Assembly: GCA_002306085.1 (NCBI GenBank)
Contig: DBRS01000017.1
Coordinates: forward strand, 1,482 to 65,481
Reading direction: 5' to 3'
Length of the DNA stretch: 64,000 nucleotides
Source of the DNA: Candidatus Moranbacteria bacterium UBA1362
Lineage (GTDB): Bacteria; Patescibacteriota; Minisyncoccia; Moranbacterales; GWC2-37-73
Shown here: one piece after another, positions 1 to 9,555 of the stretch
Numbering within the stretch: position 1 is the stretch's first letter
Layout: every line of letters starts with the position of its first letter
Made by a program: the position numbers and the translations under genes
Notes under the pieces: model-generated
Databases searched by the model: none
Told to the model about the DNA's origin: nothing
The model's input: only the letters and a program-made list of their open reading frames with translations

Positions 1-1046
1 GCTATTGGATTCCCGATATCAGCATGAGCGTCGAACCTGAAGAGCCCGATGGCAAGAAAGGGTTTTACAAAACCACACCTTGCGTGACTCTTTCAGCCGA
101 TATTCATGGAGAAAAAGACGGAATAGACATATTCTATGAATTTTCAAATGATGGAAATCCGATCAAAGGAGGCAAAAAATATGAAGGAAAATGCGTGAAA
201 ATTCCGGACGGCGATCCGACTCATTTTCAAGCGCAAGCCGTTAATGAAGACAATGACGATTGGAAAAGCGAGGTTGTTTCCAAAGACTTCAAGGTAAAGA
301 CCGGAGCCGATGAAGGCGATGTCGTGATCAATGAACTGATGTGGATGGGAAGCTTCGGCGATAGAGATGACGAGTGGATCGAGCTCAGGAACATGACAGA
401 CGAAGATATCGATATTTCAGGCTGGAGGATTCTGGGTGCGGGAAAAGGTTCGGGAGAAAACGCCCACATCCAGATACCGAATGGCTACACGATTGAAGCG
501 AACGGATATTTCCTTTTGACAAAAAACAAATGGAACAAGACCGAAATCAATCTTTCTGAAGATTTGGAAAAAAACGAGGGCAGAACGAATGTTTCAGGAA
601 TGAACCTTGCGGATTGCGGCGAAAAACTGGTCCTTGAGGATAAGAATAAAAATGTAATAGATGAAGTATGGAAGAATGACAGACATTGGCCGGACGGATG
701 GCATGGAATCTTTTTGCACATGTCCATGGCGAGAGACGGAAAGCCGGATGATGGAACTTCCTCTTCGAGCTGGCATACCTGCATAAATTCCAAGTGTAAC
801 AACAAAACCTATTGGCGCCATGAAGGACTGAATTTCGGAACGCCCGGCAAGGCAAATCTTTCACCTGACAACTCGGATGATCCTGAAATCATGGAGCAGA
901 AAATAGCGAAAGAAGAAGACAAAAAAGATGAGAAGAAAAAAGACGAAGAAAATCAAGGCAGTGAAAAAACAAAGCTTGAAATGAATCCGACGGCGGAAAA
1001 TTCGGATGCGGGAGAAAATGTTGAACCGCAAGCAACCGAAGAATAA
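1..1046 (+). CDS. Lamin-tail-domain (LTD) surface protein with an upstream Ig/Fn3-associated-like segment and an acidic/Lys-rich tail; 5'-truncated by the window edge
   Basis: Frame is open from the window start (YWIPDISMSVE...). LTD motifs VVINELMWMG, DEWIELRN, DISGWRI and GTPGKAN are present. Confidence 0.8.
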   Translation, partial: YWIPDISMSVEPEEPDGKKGFYKTTPCVTLSADIHGEKDGIDIFYEFSNDGNPIKGGKKYEGKCVKIPDGDPTHFQAQAVNEDNDDWKSEVVSKDFKVKTGADEGDVVINELMWMGSFGDRDDEWIELRNMTDEDIDISGWRILGAGKGSGENAHIQIPNGYTIEANGYFLLTKNKWNKTEINLSEDLEKNEGRTNVSGMNLADCGEKLVLEDKNKNVIDEVWKNDRHWPDGWHGIFLHMSMARDGKPDDGTSSSSWHTCINSKCNNKTYWRHEGLNFGTPGKANLSPDNSDDPEIMEQKIAKEEDKKDEKKKDEENQGSEKTKLEMNPTAENSDAGENVEPQATEE

Positions 1047-1060
1047 AAAATGTGAAATAT

Positions 1061-1091
1061 AAAAACGCAAGGACTATTCCCTTGCGTTTTT
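1061..1091. terminator. Bidirectional intrinsic terminator
   Basis: AAAAACGCAAGG-actattc-CCTTGCGTTTTT is a perfect 12-bp inverted repeat between convergent genes. Confidence 0.85.
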
Positions 1092-1127
1092 CATTTCCCT
1101 AAAAATTCAATGCCGTTCCTCAACAAG

Positions 1128-2999
1128 CTATTCCAAAACAGCCTTAATTCTTCTTACTCCGGCGCTTGACGATTCCTCTTTTACAAGCTTGAAATGTCCG
1201 AGTTCTCCTGTATTTTTCACATGCGGGCCTCCGCATATTTCACGGCTGACGATTTCACCTGCGTCATTAACGATGGAATATACCGTCACTTTTTCGCCAT
1301 ACTTTGAATCAAAAATTCCCATTGCATTTTTTTCTCGAGCCTCATCCAGTGTCATCTCCTCTTTGATAACGTCCAGCTTTGCTTCGATCGCGGCATTAAC
1401 AAGCTGCTGAACTTTTGTTTTTTGCTCTTCCGTCATTTTTTCCGGATGCGAAAAATCAAAACGGAGCCTTTCGGGAGTAATGTTCGAACCTTTTTGAACG
1501 ACATGATTCCCCAAAACCTGCCTGAGCGCCGCCAGCATCAAATGAGCAGCTGTGTGAAGTTTCACTGTCTGCTCGCTAGTATCTTGAAGCCCTCCTTTGA
1601 ACATTCCGGCAGAAGCAGTTTTTGAAAGCTCCTGATGTTTTTTGAATTCTTCCTTGAATTCCTCTATTTCAACAAACATCCCCTTTTTCTCTAATTCTTC
1701 CTGGATGAGTTCCAGGGGAAATCCATATGTTTGATATAAATCAAAAGCTATCTTTGCGTCAACTTTATTCATATATTCCCCTTTCTTCCACCCACCCTTC
1801 TTCCTTACTGGCAACCATTTGATTTTCTCCATGATTCTTAATCCCTGCTCCAAAGTCCTTTTAAATTTTTCTTCCTCTTTCTCCAGCTCTTCAAAAATCT
1901 TTTCTTTATTATCTTTAAGTTCTTTGTAAAAATCTTTATACATATCAACCACAACTTGGGCAATTTCTTTAGCAAAGTTTTTTTCAATTCCAAGAAGTTT
2001 TCCGTATCGCACAGCACGACGGATCAATCTGCGAAGAACATATCCCCTTCCGACATTTGCAGGAACGACACCTTCGGAAATGATGAAAGTCGCGGCTTTT
2101 ATGTGATCCGCAATGATGCGACAGCTTTTGGCTTCGGACTCGCAATTTTTTCCTGCAATTTCAAAAATTTTTGCAAAAATCGGTTGAAACAATTCGGTTT
2201 CAAAAACATTCTGCTTTCCGCTTATGACATAGAGCGTCCTTTCCAGACCCATTCCGGTATCAACATTGTGTTTCTTTAATTTTTCATATGTTCCGTCAGC
2301 CTTTTTTTCATATTCCATGAAAACGTCGTTCCAGACCTCAATGAGGCGTCCTGATTTTACAAGATCGGAAAATTTTCCGTTCATCTGCCCTTCTTCGGGT
2401 CTTGTATCATAGAACATTTCGGTGTCAGGACCGCACGGTCCCGTTTTCCCCGCAATCCAAAAATTATCGTCTTCTCCGAGCGGTATAATTTTTATGTTGC
2501 CCTTAATCATTTCATCATCGCCAGCCACTTCCGCGTCAAATCCGGTTTTTTGCTTGAAAACATCCTGCCAGATCAAAATCGATTCCTCGTCGCGCGGAAT
2601 GCCATCTTCGCCCTTAAAAACAGTGACGTACAACCTTTCGTGATCAAGTCCGAGCCCGTTTTCTTTGTCTGTCAAAAATTCAAAGCTCCACTCGATCGCT
2701 TCTTTTTTGAAATAATCTCCAAAGCTCCAGTTTCCGAGCATTTCAAAAAAAGTAAGATGTCTGTTGTCTCCGACGTCGTCAACATCGCTCGTGCGGATAC
2801 ACTTTTGAACGTTCGCAACTCTTTTACCGCCCGGATGCTCCTCGCCAAGAAGATACGGCACCAAAGGATGCATTCCGGCAGTCGTAAACAAAGTCGAAGC
2901 GTCGGTTTCGCGCGGAATTAAAGAAGCCGAAGGGATTATTGTGTGTCCCTTTGATTCAAAAAAATCCAGATATTTTTTTCTGAGTTCGTTTGCCGTCAT
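1128..2999 (-). CDS. alaS: Alanine--tRNA ligase (short form, no C-Ala domain)
   Basis: Motifs LFTTAGM, HLTFFEMLGNWSFGDYFK, DTGMGLER, GYVLRRLIRRA; editing motifs HTAAH and EICGGPHV. Confidence 0.97.
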   Translation of the reverse strand: MTANELRKKYLDFFESKGHTIIPSASLIPRETDASTLFTTAGMHPLVPYLLGEEHPGGKRVANVQKCIRTSDVDDVGDNRHLTFFEMLGNWSFGDYFKKEAIEWSFEFLTDKENGLGLDHERLYVTVFKGEDGIPRDEESILIWQDVFKQKTGFDAEVAGDDEMIKGNIKIIPLGEDDNFWIAGKTGPCGPDTEMFYDTRPEEGQMNGKFSDLVKSGRLIEVWNDVFMEYEKKADGTYEKLKKHNVDTGMGLERTLYVISGKQNVFETELFQPIFAKIFEIAGKNCESEAKSCRIIADHIKAATFIISEGVVPANVGRGYVLRRLIRRAVRYGKLLGIEKNFAKEIAQVVVDMYKDFYKELKDNKEKIFEELEKEEEKFKRTLEQGLRIMEKIKWLPVRKKGGWKKGEYMNKVDAKIAFDLYQTYGFPLELIQEELEKKGMFVEIEEFKEEFKKHQELSKTASAGMFKGGLQDTSEQTVKLHTAAHLMLAALRQVLGNHVVQKGSNITPERLRFDFSHPEKMTEEQKTKVQQLVNAAIEAKLDVIKEEMTLDEAREKNAMGIFDSKYGEKVTVYSIVNDAGEIVSREICGGPHVKNTGELGHFKLVKEESSSAGVRRIKAVLE

Positions 3000-3277
3000 T
3001 ACAATCTATTTTTTAATTCTCTAAGATTATGCTCGATATCTTCCTTAATATCTTTCCAGTTTTTCCCCACCCAGATCGAACTTCCCAGTGAGTTTCTGAA
3101 AGCCCTTTCAAGCAACTCTTTGGTCCTGCGCAAAATTTCGTTCAAATCCGCATCGTTCCTGTTGGCCATGCCGTCAATCTCACGTTCTATATCATGTAAC
3201 TTATTGCCAATTTTCCCAAGGACATCTTCATCCGATATTTTTTCTTTCACGACTTTTTCAAATTTCGAATATATCAT
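2999..3277 (-). CDS. Hypothetical helical protein (92 aa)
   Basis: ORF abuts the alaS start; composition is typical of the genome; no recognised motif. Confidence 0.6.
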   Translation of the reverse strand: MIYSKFEKVVKEKISDEDVLGKIGNKLHDIEREIDGMANRNDADLNEILRRTKELLERAFRNSLGSSIWVGKNWKDIKEDIEHNLRELKNRL

Positions 3278-3294
3278 ATGAGTAAAATTAAATA

Positions 3295-3549
3295 TTAATG
3301 TCCCAGCATGTTCATCTGGCGCTTCAATTTTATTATTTCGTTGCGAAGCTGAGTAATATCTTCTTCAGTTCTTTTGAGCCTGCTCTCCTTTGATGCTTTA
3401 TCCGCCTGAAGCTGCGCTTCCTTTTGCTTGATATCGCGAAGCGCAATCTCCAGCTCAACCTTAACCCGCTCGAATTTTTTCACATCAGATTCCTTGAGCA
3501 GAATTTCCATCTGCATTTTTTTCTTTTGTGCCGAAATTTCAGGATTCAT
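3295..3549 (-). CDS. Hypothetical coiled-coil protein (84 aa)
   Basis: Heptad-like K/E/L pattern; in operon orientation between mnmA and alaS. Confidence 0.65.
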   Translation of the reverse strand: MNPEISAQKKKMQMEILLKESDVKKFERVKVELEIALRDIKQKEAQLQADKASKESRLKRTEEDITQLRNEIIKLKRQMNMLGH

Positions 3550-3620
3550 ATATTAGCTTTTTAGGTTTTTAATTTTTAGCTTCTATATTTTGCAGTTGCT
3601 TCAAGCTCGCATTCTGATGC

Positions 3621-4772
3621 CTATTTGATTATTCCTCCCCCCAGCACCTCGCTGTCGTCAGAATAGAACACAGCGGACTGGCCGGGAGTCACCGCTCTCT
3701 GAGGCTCCAAAAATTCCACTTTCAGGATTGTTTTCGATTTTTGCCCTTTTTCCGCCTGTTTTTTTATTATAGCACGAACCGCCCGATTCTTATAGCGGAT
3801 TTTCACATTGGCTTCAAGAGGAAATTTCGGCTCGCCCGAGATCCAATTTTCGGCTTCAACAAGCATCGTTTTTCTGCAGAGGCCGGGATCGTTGGGGTTA
3901 TTGGTGACAATAAGCCGGTTGCTTTTAAAATCGCGCTCCACAACATAATAAGGCCCGTTTCCGCCTATATTTATGCCCTTCCTCTGCCCGATTGTGTATA
4001 GCTCAAGTCCCTCATGGGTTCCTATTTTCGCTCCTGCTCCGGACTTCAGGGTGCTTTGTGCGCCGGCACAAAGTGAACTGTTCGCAAAAACTATATCGCC
4101 GGGCGAAAGATTGACATTGCGCCTGATAAATCCATCCGGGCTCTCGCCTCTTATGAAACAAATATTCTGCGAATCATCCCTGTCAAAAACCGGAAGGCTC
4201 ATTTTTTTGGCGATCTTTCTCGTTTCGGGTTTCTTGAGTGACTCCAGCGGAAACAGAATTTTAGCCAGCTGTTTTTCAGTAAGATTATACAAGAAATATG
4301 TCTGATCTTTTTGCGCGTCACTTGGCATATACAAGCGATATTTTCCGTTCTTTTTTTCTATTCTGGCATAATGTCCGGTAGCAACAAAATCGGCTTTCAT
4401 CTCAAGCATTTTTTCAAAAAGCACGTGAAATTTCACTTTTTTGTTGCATGTCACACAGGGATTCGGGGTTCTGCCGGCCTTAATTTCATCGATAAAATAT
4501 TTCACAACGTGTTTTTTAAATTCTCTCGAGACATCCACCGCATGAAACTCGATGCCCAACGTTTTTGCCACATTTTTCGCATCTTTTTCGGATTCCGCGA
4601 AGTAGTCATCGCTTTCTCCGGACGTTTCTTTTGGCTCTTTCCAGAAACGCAAAAACACTCCAACGACATCGTATCCCTGTTTCTTGAGCAGCGCTGCCGC
4701 GGTGGAGGAATCAACTCCCGCTGACATGCCGACAATTACTTTTTTTCTTTTATTCTTTTTATTCCTTTGCAT
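3621..4772 (-). CDS. mnmA: tRNA 2-thiouridine(34) synthase MnmA
   Basis: GMSAGVDS PP-loop, TPNPCVTCN, ATGHYAR, KDQTYFL, YTIGQRKG, AVTPGQ. Confidence 0.96.
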   Translation of the reverse strand: MQRNKKNKRKKVIVGMSAGVDSSTAAALLKKQGYDVVGVFLRFWKEPKETSGESDDYFAESEKDAKNVAKTLGIEFHAVDVSREFKKHVVKYFIDEIKAGRTPNPCVTCNKKVKFHVLFEKMLEMKADFVATGHYARIEKKNGKYRLYMPSDAQKDQTYFLYNLTEKQLAKILFPLESLKKPETRKIAKKMSLPVFDRDDSQNICFIRGESPDGFIRRNVNLSPGDIVFANSSLCAGAQSTLKSGAGAKIGTHEGLELYTIGQRKGINIGGNGPYYVVERDFKSNRLIVTNNPNDPGLCRKTMLVEAENWISGEPKFPLEANVKIRYKNRAVRAIIKKQAEKGQKSKTILKVEFLEPQRAVTPGQSAVFYSDDSEVLGGGIIK

Positions 4773-4894
4773 AAAAATCCTCAGAAAAATAAAAACTCGG
4801 GACTGATGTCAGTCGCCAAGCTTGGTGATAAAACGGATTAAAAATACCGCTTACAGTTCGAACAATCTCAAGGAATTATCTGACATTTCGCCTA

Positions 4895-6808
4895 TTATTC
4901 TTGTTTTTTATTATTTTTTGAATTATCTATCAGCTTCCGAACTTCGTCAAGATTTATTTGAGGTCTTTTTCTTTGCGATCTGAATTTTTTCGGAGCAATA
5001 TATTTCATCTGTGAAAGTTTTAGCGATTTTTCATCGGGCGCATAGAGTTTGTGCTCCACATGTTTTTCGAAGGGTTTTTGAGATGAAAAATCTTTTTGGA
5101 AATCTCCCTCTTTTTCCCGATTCTCTTTCGCGCGTTTACTAGTTTTTTCTCCGCGATCCGCGCTTTTCCCAGATCCCGCTTCTTCTCTTTCGTGCTGGGC
5201 GCGCTTCTCCTGGGCAAGTTTCTCTTTCGCCATCATGCGCTGGTAGTCTTTTAGGCACTCTCTGCAGAAAGTCGGCCTCTTTCCGTCCGGCTGGAAAGGA
5301 ACCTGAATATTATTGCCGCACATGTCGCATATTGCGTCGAACATCGGCCTTGAAATTGCAGGTTCAGCATCACTTTCCTTTGGAGCCTTCACAGAATCTT
5401 TTCCGGCAGTTTCTTTTTTTACCTCCGCCTCGGGTTTTGTCCCTTGTTGCGCCTGTTGTTTTTGCCGCGGCTCGCTGACTGTTTGTTCCTGCTGCAGCTT
5501 GTTGACCGTTTGGAATCCTCCCGAAGGCATGATTCCAGACCAGCGTGCAATCTTATCTTCCACTTCAGCTTTTGTCGACGCGTAGCGTTCGCGAGAGATC
5601 TGTATAACTTTCTGTTCATTTTCCAGCGTGTCTTCTATAAATATGGGGGGCAGAGTCACCGCCGAAAAAGCGTCTCCCGCGATTCCATCAATCATCAATT
5701 TAAGATAGATGTTGTATTTTGCGAGATTGACAATATCATTTTCCGTAAAGATAGGCGCGAATTCTTTTTCCAAAAATTCAGCGTCAACCGCGCCGACCCT
5801 GAATGAGATTATTGTTCCGGCATTGCCGAAAATCGCGTCGCGCACCTTTTCATCGATTTGAGATATATACTGATTAGCCAAAATCAAATTAAGTCTGTAT
5901 TTTCTGGCCTCCGAGAGAATATTGGCAAAAGATTCCGTCGCGAAGTTCTGAAACTCATCGACATAAAGGTAGAAATCATTGCGTTCTTCTTCGGGAATAT
6001 CAACACGCGCCATCGCGGCAAGCTGAATTTTTGTTATCATCATCGCGCCCAAAAGAGCGCTGTTATCTTCGCCAATTCTTCCTTTGGAAAGATTCAGGAT
6101 GAGAATTTTTTTGGAATCCATGACTTCCCTGATATCAAAAGACGACTGCGTCTGGCCGACAATGTTTCTAATAAGCGAACTTGATAAAAATTGCCCGACT
6201 TTGTTTTGAATAGGTGAAATAACTTCCTGCAGAACTCTGTCGTTCCATTTTGTGAATTCCTCGTTCCAAAACTGTTTCACAACGGGATCCGTGACTTTGT
6301 CCACGACTTTCTCGCGATATCTCTTGTCCACAAGAATTCTTGTCACGCCCAAAAGCGTGCTGCCCGGATATTCCAAAAGCGCCAAAATTGCATTGCGCAA
6401 AATATATTCCAAACGGGGACCCCACGAATCCGCCCATATTTTTTTGAACACACCGATAAGACCGGACGCAACTAGATGTCGGTATTCCGGATTGACAGCT
6501 TCCATGACATTGAAAGCTATCGGAAACTTTTGGTCCGCTGGATTGAGATATATAACATCCTTGATGCGCTCGGACGGAATCGCTTTTATGAGCTTCTCGG
6601 CGGTGTCTCCGTGAGGATCAATATAGCAAACTCCGTTCCCTCTTCGAATATCCTGCACGGCCATATTCTCAAGCAGATTTGTCTTTCCCATTCCGGTCTT
6701 TCCGATGATGTAAATGTGTCTGCGCCTGTCATCGGTTTTTATTCCGAAGACCCGTTCCTGGTTTCTGAAATTTGTTTTTGCAAAAAAAGTTATATCATTA
6801 TTCATCAC
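4895..6808 (-). CDS. VirD4/TraD/HerA-like P-loop ATPase with C-terminal CxxC-x17-CxxC domain
   Basis: Walker A GKTGMGKT, IDPHGD, Walker B LYVDEFQNF, SEARKY, ANQ; C-terminal CDMCGNNIQVPFQPDGKRPTFCREC. Confidence 0.85.
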   Translation of the reverse strand: MMNNDITFFAKTNFRNQERVFGIKTDDRRRHIYIIGKTGMGKTNLLENMAVQDIRRGNGVCYIDPHGDTAEKLIKAIPSERIKDVIYLNPADQKFPIAFNVMEAVNPEYRHLVASGLIGVFKKIWADSWGPRLEYILRNAILALLEYPGSTLLGVTRILVDKRYREKVVDKVTDPVVKQFWNEEFTKWNDRVLQEVISPIQNKVGQFLSSSLIRNIVGQTQSSFDIREVMDSKKILILNLSKGRIGEDNSALLGAMMITKIQLAAMARVDIPEEERNDFYLYVDEFQNFATESFANILSEARKYRLNLILANQYISQIDEKVRDAIFGNAGTIISFRVGAVDAEFLEKEFAPIFTENDIVNLAKYNIYLKLMIDGIAGDAFSAVTLPPIFIEDTLENEQKVIQISRERYASTKAEVEDKIARWSGIMPSGGFQTVNKLQQEQTVSEPRQKQQAQQGTKPEAEVKKETAGKDSVKAPKESDAEPAISRPMFDAICDMCGNNIQVPFQPDGKRPTFCRECLKDYQRMMAKEKLAQEKRAQHEREEAGSGKSADRGEKTSKRAKENREKEGDFQKDFSSQKPFEKHVEHKLYAPDEKSLKLSQMKYIAPKKFRSQRKRPQINLDEVRKLIDNSKNNKKQE

Positions 6809-6877
6809 TGGCTTCGTCGTTTAATTTTTTATGTTTTTCATAGATTCATGTGTGATTCGTGGTTTCGTATCGGTGAT

Positions 6878-8155
6878 TTATTCCACGGGCAAATTTGCCG
6901 GAGCTCCTCCGCGTTTTGCCTCAACGCGCGTAATCGAAGGAGCAACCACGCTCATATCAGGCAGATGAAATACCGTTGCAAGTTCTTCCGAGCTCAAAGT
7001 CATCTTAAATCCATCCATGCTTCTCGATCTGTATCTGCGCAAAATTTTCCTTTGTCTGTATCTCAAACGAGATTCCTTGAAAAAATAGGCGGAGACAGTT
7101 TTGGTATCACTCCCCGGCTTGAAACCGTTCAAATTTTCGTCATTAAACTGCTTTATTCCACCGAAGAAAGAAGTGACTCCGAGCGACCTGTCGAAATTTT
7201 CCCTGCGTCCCACATAAATGAAACGTCCCTTTGTGAAAAATTGCAATTTACCCAGATTATCTTCGATCGCTTTAAGAACCTCTCTTTCCCCTGGTGACAG
7301 TCTGAATTCGAGCGGCTGTTCCTCTTTCTTTGACTCTTCCTTAAATTCAACCGGCTTGGTAAGCGCGATTATCAAATTGGAAAATACATCCATAATATCT
7401 TTCCAAAGCCTTTTTAGAATTTCTTCCTTTTTCTCCTCCCTGCCTTTCAGTTTATCCAATATTTTCTTTCCTTCAGTCACTCCCCAACTCGGCTTGGCGG
7501 GATAAATGACCCATTGAAGCCACATTTTCTGGCCGGGACCTATTTTTCCCATTGTTTCGACGAGTCCGGCCAAAGGATCGATCATTTTTCCCGTGACTGA
7601 TTCTTCAAATTTCGGATAGGTTCTTATGGGATAAGCGTCATGTTTGGTAAATTCCAAATCTGCTCCCCACAAGTCCCATTGGCTGTTGGGAACTATTCTG
7701 GGTATATCATCCACGTAATCGGGAACCTCGACTATCCCCACATCCGGATACTGGGCGTAGATGTGCGACTCAACAAGACTGCGATGCTTTTTCAACGTTC
7801 TAATGTAAAAATGCACATTGCCTTCATCGCTTACTAGTTCCAGACTCATTATGTCTGTGAACGCTCCGTCGAGATTTATTTCAAGCTGATTGAATGTTTT
7901 TTCAACTCCGGCAAAACCAGCAAAAAGAGCCTCCATGGGTTTAGGGCTTTTTTCAATATTTTTTGGAGGAATGATTTCAAGCAACGTCCAGGTAAGGGAA
8001 GAAAAATATTTGTCCTGTATATGATACAGCCAAAGGATTTTGAAAAACAGATAAAAGATGGGCGGCAGAGCGATAAACCAAGTATGTTCCAATACCTGGC
8101 CCGATAACGCCAATGAATTTCCGATCTGGATAAATGCGCTTGAAATTATTTCCAT
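6878..8155 (-). CDS. Conserved CPR-type hypothetical membrane protein, likely partner of the adjacent ATPase
   Basis: N-terminal TM segment; motifs LLEIIPPK, MSLELVS, IYAQYPD, YPIRTY, LSSEELATVFHLP. Confidence 0.7.
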   Translation of the reverse strand: MEIISSAFIQIGNSLALSGQVLEHTWFIALPPIFYLFFKILWLYHIQDKYFSSLTWTLLEIIPPKNIEKSPKPMEALFAGFAGVEKTFNQLEINLDGAFTDIMSLELVSDEGNVHFYIRTLKKHRSLVESHIYAQYPDVGIVEVPDYVDDIPRIVPNSQWDLWGADLEFTKHDAYPIRTYPKFEESVTGKMIDPLAGLVETMGKIGPGQKMWLQWVIYPAKPSWGVTEGKKILDKLKGREEKKEEILKRLWKDIMDVFSNLIIALTKPVEFKEESKKEEQPLEFRLSPGEREVLKAIEDNLGKLQFFTKGRFIYVGRRENFDRSLGVTSFFGGIKQFNDENLNGFKPGSDTKTVSAYFFKESRLRYRQRKILRRYRSRSMDGFKMTLSSEELATVFHLPDMSVVAPSITRVEAKRGGAPANLPVE

Positions 8156-8233
8156 ATTTTTGTCTCGTTAAACCCGCCCGGATGCAATTTTGCCCTTCAA
8201 ACAAGACATGATTTTTATTTTTTCGCAATACGG

Positions 8234-9292
8234 CTATTTTTTGATTGAATATGTGCCGCTTTTCGATTTAGTAAAGTAGTTGTTAAGATTGATCACTATG
8301 GTTGATTTCTTCACTTGTCTTACCTTCAGGACTTTTCCTATAATCTCATCTCTTTTGAGTGGTTTTTTTGCCGCCTTGATGATTTCCTCGATAACGTCTT
8401 TTACCGTACCTTTTTTGTACCCCCACTCTGCCAAAGCATATATGCCTCTTCCCACCAGCACAAAATTGTCATCTTTAATAAGCTCATTATGCACGGTCTG
8501 GGGATGCGTTTTCTTTTTGTTAAGGCTGTGCCTGTCGATTTCTTCCGCGATTTCCCGGAAATGCAACGGTTTCTTTGTTTCCTTGAGGATAAGATAGGCC
8601 TTTTCCCTTGTTCCTTTGGGAGAAACTTCTTTCCACTTTGCAATTCCCCATTTTCCAAAAGAATTTCTGGCCAATTCTTCCGATACATCCAGATAATGCG
8701 AAAGATTTTCTTTGCCGAAACCGGAGAAGGAATAATTTTCAACAATGGACTTGAATAATTCATCAAGAAGCAAAGTGCTTTTCTTTTTTTCAAGCATCTC
8801 AACAGCGGCATCCTTTATTGATTTCCATTTTTTGACATTGAATTCCGCGGTTGAATATGACGCCTTAAGCACGCCGGGAATTTCCTGATAATTTATCCCG
8901 TCCACGCATTCCAGAAAAAAACTTATGGCAGCTTCTTCGCTTTTATCACTTTTTCCCAACTCAGAAGCGAGTTTTTTCTTCTCTATTATACCACTGTTTG
9001 ACTGTATAGCCAATGTGATTTTTGTTTTAGCCTGAACAAGATATGGATTATCTTTTTTTTCACAGATTTTTCTCACGACTTCATGTACGATCTGCCTCAC
9101 TCGTTCCCGGGTAATGTTATATTTGTTTCCGATTTCTTCCAATGTCAAAGCGTTGCCGCCGTGAACCCCATAGCGGATAAAAATGATTTCCTGGGAACGT
9201 TTTGACAAACCGGAAATAATCTCTTTTAGCGCATCAGAAAAAAAGAAGTTTTCGGATATATTTTTTTGTGGCTGATTTGAGCTGGATTCCAT
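8234..9292 (-). CDS. Sigma-70 region-4 HTH plus HARE-HTH/RpoE(delta)-like DNA-binding protein
   Basis: N-terminal TLEEIGNKYNITRERVRQI; C-terminal PLHFREIAE...HPQTVHNELIKDDNFVLVGRGIYALAEW. Start moved from 9328 to ATG 9292 because a promoter lies at 9332-9359. Confidence 0.8.
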   Translation of the reverse strand: MESSSNQPQKNISENFFFSDALKEIISGLSKRSQEIIFIRYGVHGGNALTLEEIGNKYNITRERVRQIVHEVVRKICEKKDNPYLVQAKTKITLAIQSNSGIIEKKKLASELGKSDKSEEAAISFFLECVDGINYQEIPGVLKASYSTAEFNVKKWKSIKDAAVEMLEKKKSTLLLDELFKSIVENYSFSGFGKENLSHYLDVSEELARNSFGKWGIAKWKEVSPKGTREKAYLILKETKKPLHFREIAEEIDRHSLNKKKTHPQTVHNELIKDDNFVLVGRGIYALAEWGYKKGTVKDVIEEIIKAAKKPLKRDEIIGKVLKVRQVKKSTIVINLNNYFTKSKSGTYSIKK

Positions 9293-9331
9293 ATTTTTAA
9301 ACACAAAAATAAATATTAGACACTTCATATT

Positions 9332-9359
9332 ATATTACCATATATTAAATTTTTGTCAA
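9332..9359 (-). promoter_or_regulatory. Sigma70-type promoter for the HTH gene
   Basis: TTGACA (9359-9354), 16 bp spacer, TAATAT preceded by an extended TG; an alternative TATAAT lies at 9334-9329. Confidence 0.6.
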
Positions 9360-9479
9360 CCCCAAAACAGCTTTTTGAAACTTTTGATTTTTCTCCTGTT
9401 TTTAAGCTCTCGAAAGCCCAAAAATCGACCGCAACTCGCATACAGAAAGCACACATAATAAATGCACACCGGAAAGCAA

Positions 9480-9507
9480 AAAATTACGTAATTAATTACG
9501 TAATTTT
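9480..9507. repeat. Two TTACGTAA units at 12-bp period forming a perfect 28-bp palindrome
   Basis: AAAA-TTACGTAA-TTAA-TTACGTAA-TTTT, with units at 9484 and 9496. Confidence 0.85.
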
Positions 9508-9555
9508 AAAGCAAGCGTTGAATTTTGATACTTATTTAGGTAAGGAATATATTCC

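Noticed and set aside
6476-7297. 273-aa plus-strand ORF
   Set aside because: Antisense to two well-supported minus-strand genes.
4895-8155. Integrated conjugative element
   Set aside because: No integrase, relaxase, mating-pair genes or att repeats are visible, and the flanks are core translation genes.
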